Source: an uncultured delta proteobacterium (lineage in GTDB: Bacteria; Myxococcota_A; Polyangia; Palsa-1104). From it: a stretch of 64,000 nt of DNA. Position numbers and translations under genes: made by a program. This document shows, piece after piece, positions 1 to 8,741 of the stretch. The number at the start of each line of letters is the position of its first letter. Within the stretch, counting starts at the first letter, position 1. The DNA is taken from NCBI GenBank assembly GCA_963785725.1, contig CAWAWS010000015.1, forward strand, positions 224,001-288,000, read 5' to 3'. The notes below the pieces were generated by a model. That model did not search any database and was not told the DNA's origin. It saw only the letters and a list, made by a program, of their open reading frames with translations.

Positions 1-2
1 TC

Positions 3-626
3 GAGGTCAAGGTCCACACCGACGAGAACGAGCCCGTCGCCGGCGCCGCGGTCAGCGCCGGCGATCGCGCGCTCGGCACCACCGACGCCAATGGCCGGCT
101 GCTCTTGCATTTGCGCATGAACGAGGGCGCGCACGTGGCGCTCAACGTCGAGCCGCCGCAAGGCTACAAGACGATCGACGAAGCGCGGCCGCTCGTGCTG
201 CACCGCATTTCGCGGATGGTCGACGGCGCGGCCAAGGAAGTGCCGATGGAGCACGTCGTGCGCTTCGCGCAGCTGCAGCGGCGTTATGCCGTGCTCGTCG
301 ACGTCGGGCAGCCGAACATGGTCGTCGAGGCGTTCGGCGCGAAGCAGGCGGTGACGAATTCCAAGGGTGTGGCGTCGTTCGTTTACAACGGCACGCCCGG
401 CGACGAGCTGGCCGTGCGCGTGAGCAGCGACGGTCATCCCGAGCTGGCGCCGAAAGTGGTGGCGAACAGCTTCGTGCTCGCGCCGCGCTCGGAGGCGTAT
501 CTGGTGCAAGGCCGCTTCGAGCCGGCGGCGACGACGCGTTCGCGCGCGCCGCTGTCGTCGGTCGTGGTCGTGCACAAGTACGTGCATCCGAAAGCGCCGA
601 AGAGCACCGGTCCGCATCGCCTGTAG
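3..626 (+). CDS. 5'-truncated hypothetical protein (carboxypeptidase-regulatory/Ig-like beta domains)
   Basis: Frame is open from nt 3 (EVKVHTDENEPVAGAAVSAG...GTTDANG) to TAG at 624-626. The PVAGAxV...TDANG pattern is typical of carboxypeptidase-regulatory-like domains. Confidence 0.6.
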   Translation, partial: EVKVHTDENEPVAGAAVSAGDRALGTTDANGRLLLHLRMNEGAHVALNVEPPQGYKTIDEARPLVLHRISRMVDGAAKEVPMEHVVRFAQLQRRYAVLVDVGQPNMVVEAFGAKQAVTNSKGVASFVYNGTPGDELAVRVSSDGHPELAPKVVANSFVLAPRSEAYLVQGRFEPAATTRSRAPLSSVVVVHKYVHPKAPKSTGPHRL

Positions 627-655
627 TCGCCGTCCGCGTCGTCACGCCGTCCGCA

Positions 656-741
656 CGTAATTTCCGCCCGCGCCAAGCGCCGTCTCATCCGTAATTTCCG
701 CCCGCGCCAAGCGCCGTCTCATCCGCAATTTTCGCCCGCGC
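656..741. repeat. 34-bp tandem repeat, 2 exact copies plus a partial degenerate third
   Basis: CGTAATTTCCGCCCGCGCCAAGCGCCGTCTCATC at 656-689 and 690-723; CGCAATTTTCGCCCGCGC at 724-741. Confidence 0.9.
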
Positions 742-1204
742 ACATCATTGTCGCCGTCTCGGTCGCGCCGCGTCCGACGGTCATCGCCGCTGGCGCGTCG
801 TCGCCGCTGGCCGGTCGCGCCCGACGCGGCGGACGACGCGAGCGCGGTCGTCAACCGATTGGCGAGGCGTGGTGGCGGGCGCTATGAGCTGTCGCGGCGG
901 TGGCGGCGGCGCATGCGTGCTTGCTCGTGCTCGGCTGCGCGCTCGTGTGGTGTGGCTCGATCGTGGAGCCGTGATGGCGAGATGTCTCGTGCGAGGCGTA
1001 GGCGCGCAGACCTGTGCGCGAGCAAGCACGCATGCGCCGCCTTGGCGATGGGTTCTTCGTCGCTGACAAAGTCCGTCGGCGCGAACGTTCGGCGCGCGGG
1101 CTCGCCCGGCGCGAACGGACTGTCGAGCGCGTCGCGGGCGGTTGGTTGTCGACGGATTGCGAAGCTGGAAGCGAAGGACTGAGACGGGAGGGCGGGGCGA
1201 GCGG

Positions 1205-4200
1205 CTATTCGGCCTGACGGAGCGGGTGGTGAATGTGATGTGCCGTCGACGAGTGGTGCTCGAGCCGCGCCTGCGCCGGATGCGGGAACTTGTGCGGACC
1301 GGAGTGCGTGGCCGTCGCCGTGCCGCTTTCGCTGTCCATCTGCGTCGCCATCTTCTCGAGCTGTTGCCGCGCCGCCGGCGTCAGCGACGGGTTGTTGAGC
1401 GCCCGCCGCAGCTGCGCCGCCGACGCCTGGCGAATCGCGCGCTGCTGCGGCGTCAGCTCCGCCGTCGGCGCCGCCAATCCGGGCGCGCCGGCCGCGGCCG
1501 TCTGCAGCTGGCGGGCGCGGATCTTCTTGCCCTTTTTCTTGAGCTCCTCGCGCTCGGCCTGTTCGCGCGTGCCGACGTAGTTGCCGTTGCGATCGTAGAG
1601 GCCGGTGCCGTTGTAGTGGCCGGCGGAGTCGTAGCCGCCGGTGTAGACGCCGCCCGCGCTCGTGCTGCGGGCGCCCGCCACTTCGGTCGTCGGGCGCGAG
1701 GCGACGATGACGCCGTCGCGCGGCTGCAGAGCGGTGGCGGGACCGAGCGCGCCCGGACGCGTCGCGACGACGCCGTTGGGGTCGCGCGGCGTCACCTGGC
1801 CGGCGGGCAGCGTGCCGATCGTCGGGCCGTAGCTGCGGGCGCCGGGCGAGCTCGAAGCCACCGGCTGGAGCTGCGTGCCGACGATGGGGTTGCCGTAGAT
1901 CGGACGTCCCGACGGGTCGGTGCCGACGACGACGGGGCCCGGGCCGAAGCCGCCCGGCGGATAGCTGCCGGCGACGACGGGGCCCGGTCCGAGCGTGCCC
2001 GGACCATAGATGGGCGCGCCGGTCGCCGGATCGACGCCGACGACGACGGGACCCGGTCCGCCGGCGACGGGCGCGACGGGGCTGGCGTAGATGGGCGCGC
2101 CCGTCGTCGGATCGAAGCCGACGACGACCGGCGCCGTCGCGCCGTTCGGCAGCGTCGCCACCGGGTTGCTATAGATGGGCTGGCCCGTCACCGGATCGGT
2201 GCCGACGACGACGGGACCCGGACCGCCCGGCAGTGTCGCGATGGGATTGGCGTAGACCGGATTTCCCGTCGTGGGATTGAGGCCGATGACGACGGGTCCA
2301 GGCGACGTGCTGCCGGGCACGGTCGTGATCGGGTTGCCGTAGATAGGATTGCCGGTGGTCGGATCGGTGCCGATGACGACCGGTCCCGACGACGAGCCGC
2401 TGGGCAGCGTGCCGACGGGGCTGGCATAGACAGGCGCGCCGGTGGTCGGATCGGTGCCGACGACGACGGGACCGGGCGAGCCCGGTTGCGTCGCGATCGG
2501 ATCGCCGTAGACGGGCGCGCCGGTGGTCGGATCGGTGCCGATGACGCCGGGGCTGGGACCGAAGCCGCCCGTCGTCACAACGGGCGCGCCGGTGGCCGGA
2601 TCGGTGCCGACGATGACCGGGCCCGGACCGAGCGGGTTCAGCGGATCGGTGCCGCCGACGACGGGGCCGGGTCCGAGCGGGCCGAGCGGGTTGAGCGGCG
2701 TGACCGGTTCGCTGCCCGTTCCGTCGCCGCCGGCGCTGCCGGAACCACCGGCGCTGCCAGTGCCGCCCGCGCTGCCGCTGGCGGTGCCGCCCGCGCTGCC
2801 GCTGGCGGGATCGCCGGAGCCGCCGGCGTTGCCACTGCCGCCGGCACTGCCGGAGCCGCCTGCGCTGCCAGTGCCGCCGGCGCTGCCGCTGGCGGGATCG
2901 CCGGAGCCGCCCGCGTTGCCGGAACCGCCCGCGTTGCCTGCGCCGCCTGCGCTGCCAGAACCGCCTGCGGAACCGGTGCCGCCTGCGCTCGAGGGATCGC
3001 CGGTGCCGCCCGCGTTGCCGGAGCCGCCTGCGCTGCCAGTGCCGCCTGCGCTGCCGGTGCCGCCCGCGTTCGACGGATCGCCGGAGCCGCCTGCGTTGCC
3101 CGCGCCGCCGGCATTGCCGGTGCCGCCTGCGCTGCCAGTGCCACCCGCGCTGCCGCTGGCGGGGTCGCCGGTGCCGCCCGCGTTGCCGGAACCGCCTGCG
3201 TTGCCGGCGCCGCCCGCGTTGCCGCCTGCGCCGCCGCTCGCGGGATCGCCGCCGCCTGCGCCGCTGGCTCCACCGCCGCCGCCTGCGCCGCTGGCTCCAC
3301 CGCCGCCGCCGCTGCCGCCGGGATCATTCGAACCCGAGCCGGTCACGCTCGGCGGCGTCACCGTCGGGCCAGTGCTCGTCACCGTCGGGCCAGTCACCGT
3401 CGGGCCGCTGCCGGTCGCGGTCGGTCCGGTGACGACGGGGCCGGTGCCGGTGACGACGGGGCCGGTCACGGTCGGATCGGAGCCGGTCACGATCGGGCCG
3501 GTGACGACGGGGCCGGTGCCGGTCACCGTCGGGCCGGTCACGGTCGGGCCGGTGCCGGTGACGACCGGGCCGGTCACGGTCGGGCCCGTGCCGGTCGCGG
3601 TCGGGCCGGTGACGACGGGACCGGTGCCGGTGACGATCGGGCCGGTCACGGTCGGGCCGGAGCCGGTCACGGTCGGACCGGTGACGACGGGGCCGGTGCC
3701 GGTGACCGTCGGGCCGGTGACGACGGGGCCGGTGCCGGTGACGACGGGGCCGGTGACCGTCGGGCCGGTTCCGGTCGCGGTCGGGCCGGTCACGATTGGG
3801 CCTGTGCCGGTGACGACCGGGCCGGTGACGACCGGGCCGCTGCCGTTGACGGTCGGGCCGGTGACGACAGGGCCGTTGCCGTTGACGCTCGGGCCGTTGA
3901 CGGTGGGACCGCTGCCGGTGGCCGTCGGGCCGGTCACCGAGCCCGAGCCGGTGGCCGTCGGGCCGGTGACGACGGGGCCATCGCCGTTGACGGTCGGGCC
4001 GGTGACGACGGGACCGCTGCCGTTGACCGTCGGGCCGGTGACGCCGCCGCCGTTGCCGTTCACCGACGGGCCGTTGACGTTGCCACCGCCGACGTTGACA
4101 CCGCCGCCGCCGACGTCGACCGAGCCGTTGAACGAAGGACCGCTGTAAGCGCCGCCGCTGAAGTTGATGCTGCCGCCGCTGATGGTGCCGGCGCTCAAGT

Positions 4201-4753
4201 TGACGCCGCCGCCGCCGATCTGTGGGCCGTTGAAGGTGAGGCCGCCGCCGTTGACGTCGGGGCCGTTCAAGTTGATCGTCGGTCCGTTGAAGTTGGGCGT
4301 GACGTTGACCGTGCCCAGCGAGATGGACGGGCCGCTCAAGTTGATGCTGGGCCCGTTGACGCTCGGTCCCGACAAATCGATCATCGGCAGCTCGAGGCCG
4401 GGCACGTTGATCGTCTTATCGGGCAAGTTGAGGTTGGGCAGGCTCTTGTCGAACTGCGGCGAGAAGCCGGGCGAGAAGTTCCAGGTCTTGCCGTCGTAGC
4501 CGGGCACCGTGTAATCGAGGCCGGGGACGTTGATCTGCGGCCCGAACGAGATCGCGAGGCCGCCGCCGGTGTTGCCCGCGGCCTTGACCTTGTCGTACAG
4601 CGTGTTGGCCGTCGCGCCCTTCGACTTCGCGGTCGTGCCCAGCTTCTGGTAGCCCATCATCGCCGTGACGGCGACGAACACCGCGCCAATGGACCACTCG
4701 ACGGTGGCTCCGCCTCGGGTTCGTCGTTTTCTCGTGCGTGATGGTTGGCCCAT
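1205..4753 (-). CDS. Giant Gly/Pro/Thr-rich repeat protein with Flp/TadE-like prepilin N-terminus
   Basis: 1182-aa ORF with GC-rich third codon positions. Basic leader, then RG|GATVEW and a hydrophobic helix (Gly -1, Glu +5), followed by three distinct repeat blocks. Confidence 0.8.
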   Translation of the reverse strand: MGQPSRTRKRRTRGGATVEWSIGAVFVAVTAMMGYQKLGTTAKSKGATANTLYDKVKAAGNTGGGLAISFGPQINVPGLDYTVPGYDGKTWNFSPGFSPQFDKSLPNLNLPDKTINVPGLELPMIDLSGPSVNGPSINLSGPSISLGTVNVTPNFNGPTINLNGPDVNGGGLTFNGPQIGGGGVNLSAGTISGGSINFSGGAYSGPSFNGSVDVGGGGVNVGGGNVNGPSVNGNGGGVTGPTVNGSGPVVTGPTVNGDGPVVTGPTATGSGSVTGPTATGSGPTVNGPSVNGNGPVVTGPTVNGSGPVVTGPVVTGTGPIVTGPTATGTGPTVTGPVVTGTGPVVTGPTVTGTGPVVTGPTVTGSGPTVTGPIVTGTGPVVTGPTATGTGPTVTGPVVTGTGPTVTGPTVTGTGPVVTGPIVTGSDPTVTGPVVTGTGPVVTGPTATGSGPTVTGPTVTSTGPTVTPPSVTGSGSNDPGGSGGGGGASGAGGGGGASGAGGGDPASGGAGGNAGGAGNAGGSGNAGGTGDPASGSAGGTGSAGGTGNAGGAGNAGGSGDPSNAGGTGSAGGTGSAGGSGNAGGTGDPSSAGGTGSAGGSGSAGGAGNAGGSGNAGGSGDPASGSAGGTGSAGGSGSAGGSGNAGGSGDPASGSAGGTASGSAGGTGSAGGSGSAGGDGTGSEPVTPLNPLGPLGPGPVVGGTDPLNPLGPGPVIVGTDPATGAPVVTTGGFGPSPGVIGTDPTTGAPVYGDPIATQPGSPGPVVVGTDPTTGAPVYASPVGTLPSGSSSGPVVIGTDPTTGNPIYGNPITTVPGSTSPGPVVIGLNPTTGNPVYANPIATLPGGPGPVVVGTDPVTGQPIYSNPVATLPNGATAPVVVGFDPTTGAPIYASPVAPVAGGPGPVVVGVDPATGAPIYGPGTLGPGPVVAGSYPPGGFGPGPVVVGTDPSGRPIYGNPIVGTQLQPVASSSPGARSYGPTIGTLPAGQVTPRDPNGVVATRPGALGPATALQPRDGVIVASRPTTEVAGARSTSAGGVYTGGYDSAGHYNGTGLYDRNGNYVGTREQAEREELKKKGKKIRARQLQTAAAGAPGLAAPTAELTPQQRAIRQASAAQLRRALNNPSLTPAARQQLEKMATQMDSESGTATATHSGPHKFPHPAQARLEHHSSTAHHIHHPLRQAE

Positions 4754-4765
4754 GTAAGCGCTGAC

Positions 4766-4781
4766 AGCACGGCCCGTGCCA
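4766..4781 (-). promoter_or_regulatory. Putative sigma54 (-24/-12) promoter
   Basis: Minus strand reads TGGCACGGGCCGTGCT (GG-N10-GC, with an exact TGGCACG), 12 nt upstream of the ATG at 4753. Confidence 0.55.
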
Positions 4782-5012
4782 GGCGTTCAGACGCTCCAGA
4801 CCCACACCCGCCGCGGGCTGCAACGCGTTGGAGAAGCTCAGTGGATGCGCGGCAGGGGGGAGAAGTCCGCCCCAACGATGAGGCTGTGCGCCTCAGGCGG
4901 CGAGCCACGCGCGTCGACGGGAGAACGTCTCGCGAGCGGGTTCGGTGGCGCTACAGGGTTACTGCAATTTGCGTGTCACGAAAGCGCCGCGGAGAGCGCG
5001 CGCACGGGCGAG

Positions 5013-6011
5013 CTACAGCTTGCTGCAGACGGTCTCGGTGATGAGACGCGTGACCGTGTAGGGATCGACGTTGGCGCACGGGCGACGATCTTCGATGTAG
5101 CCCTTCTTGTCCTTCGCCACTTGCCACGGGATGCGCACGGACGCGCCGCGATCGGAGATGCCGTAGCGGTACTCTTTATAGGAGCAGGTCTCGTGCTTGC
5201 CGGTGAGGCGCTCCTCGATGCCGTGGCCGTAGTTGGCGATGTGCAGCGCGTGCCGCGTGCCCAGCGCCTCGGCGGCCTTGATGCACGCGTCGAGCGAGCT
5301 GCGCATCGCCTTGGTCGAGAAGTTGGTGTGCGCGCCGGCGCCGTTCCAGTCGCCTTTGACCGGCTTGGGGTCGAGCGTCGCCGAGACGCCGAAGTCCTCG
5401 GCGATGCGATAGAGCAGCCAGCGCGCGACCCACATCTCGTCGCCGACGGTGACCGGATCGGCGGGGCCGATCTGGAACTCCCACTGCGCGGGCATGACCT
5501 CGGCGTTGATGCCGGAGAACTGCAGGCCGGCGGCGAGGCAGGCGTCCATGTGCTCCTCGACGATGTCGCGGCCGAAGACCTCGTCGGCGCCGACGCCGCA
5601 GTAGTAGCCGAACTGCGGCGCGGGGAAGCCGTTGTCGGGCCAGCCGAGCGGACGGATGCCGTCGAAGAAGGTGTACTCCTGCTCGATGCCGAACCACATC
5701 TCGTGCGACTCGTACTGCTCGGCGACGTCGACGAGCGCGGCGCGCGTGTTGGTCGGGTGCGGCGTGAAGTCGGTGAGCTCGACCTCGCACATGACGAGCT
5801 TGTTGTCGCCGCCGCGGATGGGATCGGGACACACGTAGACCGGCTTGAAGACGCAGTCCGACGCGTGGCCCATCGCCTGGTTGGTGCTCGAGCCGTCGAA
5901 GCCCCAGATCGGCGGCGCTTCGCCCTTGGGCACGATCTTGGTCTTGCAGCGCAGCTTGCGCGTGGGCTCGGCGCCGTCGATCCAGATGTATTCAGCCTTG
6001 TAGACGCTCAC
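5013..6011 (-). CDS. glnII: Glutamine synthetase type II
   Basis: 332 aa with motifs AEYIWIDG, WGFDGSST, GIEQEY, NAEVMPAQWEFQIG, DWNGAGAHTNFS, RLTGKHET, GYIEDRRP. GGAGG RBS and GTG start. Confidence 0.95.
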   Translation of the reverse strand: MSVYKAEYIWIDGAEPTRKLRCKTKIVPKGEAPPIWGFDGSSTNQAMGHASDCVFKPVYVCPDPIRGGDNKLVMCEVELTDFTPHPTNTRAALVDVAEQYESHEMWFGIEQEYTFFDGIRPLGWPDNGFPAPQFGYYCGVGADEVFGRDIVEEHMDACLAAGLQFSGINAEVMPAQWEFQIGPADPVTVGDEMWVARWLLYRIAEDFGVSATLDPKPVKGDWNGAGAHTNFSTKAMRSSLDACIKAAEALGTRHALHIANYGHGIEERLTGKHETCSYKEYRYGISDRGASVRIPWQVAKDKKGYIEDRRPCANVDPYTVTRLITETVCSKL

Positions 6012-6060
6012 GAATGGATCCTCCTTGGACGAGGCGCGGGCGGCGCCGGCCAGTAGGTCA

Positions 6061-8481
6061 TCACGAAGGCAGCTCGTCGTCCAGCGTCATCCGAGCGTCG
6101 ATCGTCGCCGTGGGAACGGCGAGGCGTGTGAGGATCGGGCGCGCCTGGGCCAGCGACGGCGCGAACAGCGACGGCTGCGCCGGATCGGCGAAAACGGTCG
6201 CGAAATCCTCGCCGTCGAGCGCGCGGGCGAAGCGCGCGGCGAACGTGTCACGCAGGAGCTGCACGTAATAGTCGGAGTCGTAGTCGCGCGGGTCGGGCAG
6301 GTCGTCGTCGCGATCGTCGGGCCAGAGGCGCGGACGGCCGCTGGTGCCGCGATAGACGCGCACGCTGTCGCCGGCGCTCCAGTCGTCGAGGCCGGCGGCG
6401 AGCGCGGCTTCGTAGGCATGCTCGCGGCGACTTTGGCGCGTCGACCCGTATTGCGCCGGCGTCTTCGTCAGCCGCACGCGCGCCGTTACGTCGATCGTCG
6501 CGATGGTGCGCCGGCGCAGCGCCAACACGGTCTCGATATAGATCGCTTGCACGCCGGCGATGTCGTTCGCCAGCAGCTTGCCGAGCGCGCGCCGCAGGAA
6601 CTGCTCGCCGAACGGCTCGGCGCGGCTCGATCGAAACGCCACGCCGCGCAAGAGGAGCGGTCCCGCATAGGGCTTGAGCGCGTAGTTCTTCGGCTCGTGC
6701 GACAGCATCGCGGCATAGCGACCGTCGAGCTCGAGGTGCACCCGCTCGGGCAAGAGCGCGGCGACCTCGGCGACGACGCGGCGCTCGTCGGCCTCGCTCC
6801 ACGCCGGCGGCACGGCGAAGTAGACGCCGTCGGTGTCGGCTTCGAGCAGCGTGACCTCACGCGCGGCCAGCTCGCGGCACAGAAGGTCGAGCACCTCGCG
6901 GCCGCGGCGCGTGACCTCGTTGGCCGCGTGCACGTCGGCGAAGCGCGTCAGGCCGACGGCGCCGAGATAGCCGTAGGCGGAGTTGACGACGATCTTCATC
7001 GCCGCCGACATCGCCTCGTGCGTGTGCCGTTCGGGCGAGCCGGGCGGCGCTTTTTTGGCCGCGGCCTTGGCCTGCAGCCGCTGCTCGACCAGGCGATCGA
7101 CCATCGTCAAGAGCGCACCCAGGCGATCGCGCATGGGACCGATGCGATATTGCCGCATCAGCGACGGGTAGAGGCTGGCGACGTCGGCCTTGACGATGCG
7201 CTCGGCGACGCCGGCGGCGAAGAGGTGCAGGGCCGCGCCCGAGTGCGGCGTGCCGTCGCCCGGCTGATGCGCGGGCAGGGCGGCGCCGGCGCGCAGGTAA
7301 GCGCGCACCAGCAGCGGATCGAGCACGCCCGTCGCCGCGCCGGCATCGGCGAGCCGCTCGTAACGACGCGGCGCCATGCGCGCCAGCGCGAACGCGGCGC
7401 CGCCGAGCAGCCGCGCGACGCCGGCGGCCTCGACGACGTCGGCGCCGGCGTAACGCCGCACGCGCTCGGGATCGCGGCCGTAGACCTCGTAGACGCGCGC
7501 GCCGGGGATGAGCTCGCGGTCGTCGCCGGCGAGGCCGAGGTGGCGCGCCACCGCTTTCAAGCCGTGGCCGGGCAGCTCGCGCGTCGCGAAGTCGTGGCGG
7601 CGGACGGCGTCCATCGAGTCGACGAGCTCGCGGCCAGGCACGGTGTAGCGCGCGCGCCGCATCGGGTCGTTCTGGCCGCGCCCGACCTTGGCGCCACGCG
7701 CCGCCGCTCGTCGCCGCAGACCGGGCGCGCGCCCGAGCGACAGCGTCACCCCCAGCGTCTCGGCGCGGCGCGCGAGGAACGGCAGATCGAAGCCGTGCAG
7801 GTTGTGGTTCTCGATGACGTCGGGATCGTGCGCGGAGATGCGCGCCATGAGCTGCTCGATGAGCGCCGCTTCGCCGCTGTTCTCGCGGTTCGTCGCTTCC
7901 AAGATCTCGACTTGGCCGTCAGGCGCGCGCAGCGCAATCAGGAACAGGCGATCGCGCGTCGGATCGAGGCCGGTGGTCTCGAGATCGAGCTGCAGGCGGC
8001 GCAGATCATCGAAGGCCAGCCCGCGAAAGTAGTTACGGCCCGACGCCACCAGATATTGCTCCTCGGGCGGCAGCGCCAACGCCGAGGCTTGGCCGAGCTC
8101 GCGCAGCGACTGGATCGGGCGGCCGAGTCGGCGCGACGCGCCTTGCAGCACGGCCGCGGACAGCGCGCGGCCGTCGTCGCCGCGCACGAGGAAGCGCAGC
8201 GCGCCGAGGCCGTCGAGCTCGCGCCAGGTGATCGCGTGCGGCGGCGCCGGGCGATCATCCGACGGCTCGGGCTGGACGCGCGCGCCCAGCTGCTGCTGCA
8301 GATCGTCGAGCCGGTCGAGCAAGAGCCAAGGGCGAAAGCGCGCCTCCTCGCGCACCAGCGTCAACGCGCCCGGCAGGCGCCGCCAGATCGTCGCGCGTCC
8401 GTCGGCTTCCGCCCACACCGAGACGATGCCGGGCGACACATCCCAGCCCCACAGCCACTCGTCTTCGGTTACGGTCGTCAT
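6061..8481 (-). CDS. Family B DNA polymerase with 3'-5' exonuclease domain
   Basis: Exo I DLETTG, Exo II NLHGFDLPFL, Pol motif A DVASLYPS, motif B KIVVNSAYG, motif C ADTDG, and KNY. Start placed at MTTVTED (8481). Confidence 0.9.
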   Translation of the reverse strand: MTTVTEDEWLWGWDVSPGIVSVWAEADGRATIWRRLPGALTLVREEARFRPWLLLDRLDDLQQQLGARVQPEPSDDRPAPPHAITWRELDGLGALRFLVRGDDGRALSAAVLQGASRRLGRPIQSLRELGQASALALPPEEQYLVASGRNYFRGLAFDDLRRLQLDLETTGLDPTRDRLFLIALRAPDGQVEILEATNRENSGEAALIEQLMARISAHDPDVIENHNLHGFDLPFLARRAETLGVTLSLGRAPGLRRRAAARGAKVGRGQNDPMRRARYTVPGRELVDSMDAVRRHDFATRELPGHGLKAVARHLGLAGDDRELIPGARVYEVYGRDPERVRRYAGADVVEAAGVARLLGGAAFALARMAPRRYERLADAGAATGVLDPLLVRAYLRAGAALPAHQPGDGTPHSGAALHLFAAGVAERIVKADVASLYPSLMRQYRIGPMRDRLGALLTMVDRLVEQRLQAKAAAKKAPPGSPERHTHEAMSAAMKIVVNSAYGYLGAVGLTRFADVHAANEVTRRGREVLDLLCRELAAREVTLLEADTDGVYFAVPPAWSEADERRVVAEVAALLPERVHLELDGRYAAMLSHEPKNYALKPYAGPLLLRGVAFRSSRAEPFGEQFLRRALGKLLANDIAGVQAIYIETVLALRRRTIATIDVTARVRLTKTPAQYGSTRQSRREHAYEAALAAGLDDWSAGDSVRVYRGTSGRPRLWPDDRDDDLPDPRDYDSDYYVQLLRDTFAARFARALDGEDFATVFADPAQPSLFAPSLAQARPILTRLAVPTATIDARMTLDDELPS

Positions 8482-8560
8482 GGAGCGGGCGAAAGCCATA
8501 GCACGAGCCCGCGGCCGCGACGACGCGCGCTCATTCACCGTCGGTGACGAAACGAGACTG

Positions 8561-8590
8561 TTGACAGCGACCGGGCCGGCTTGGTACAGC
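8561..8590 (+). promoter_or_regulatory. sigma70-type promoter of the imelysin operon
   Basis: TTGACA at 8561-8566, 18-nt spacer, TG-n-TACAGC extended -10. Confidence 0.5.
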
Positions 8591-8598
8591 TGCTTCAT

Positions 8599-8617
8599 GA
8601 AATTGAAATCCATTATC
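8599..8617. promoter_or_regulatory. Fur box
   Basis: GAAATTGAAATCCATTATC matches 14/19 positions of GATAATGATAATCATTATC. It lies in an AT-rich dyad (8597-8629) just upstream of iron-uptake-type genes. Confidence 0.7.
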
Positions 8618-8741
8618 GATTTCATTTCAGGCCAAACCGTGGGCAAACGGGCTGGTTGACGGAAAATTTTGCGCGTTTCGGGCCGGGTCGCACGACCGCC
8701 GGGCGCGCTGACGAGTTGAGCGACGAAAGGGTAGGAAGCAG

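Noticed and set aside
656..741. Possible CRISPR array
   Set aside because: The repeats are directly adjacent with no spacers, and there are no cas genes.
1142..4741. Long plus-strand ORFs (1199 aa and 541 aa)
   Set aside because: They are antisense shadows of the GC-rich repeat gene on the minus strand.
6061..8481. PolB as a marker of a prophage, casposon or pipolin
   Set aside because: No integrase, cas1, capsid genes or terminal repeats; the flanks are ordinary chromosomal genes.
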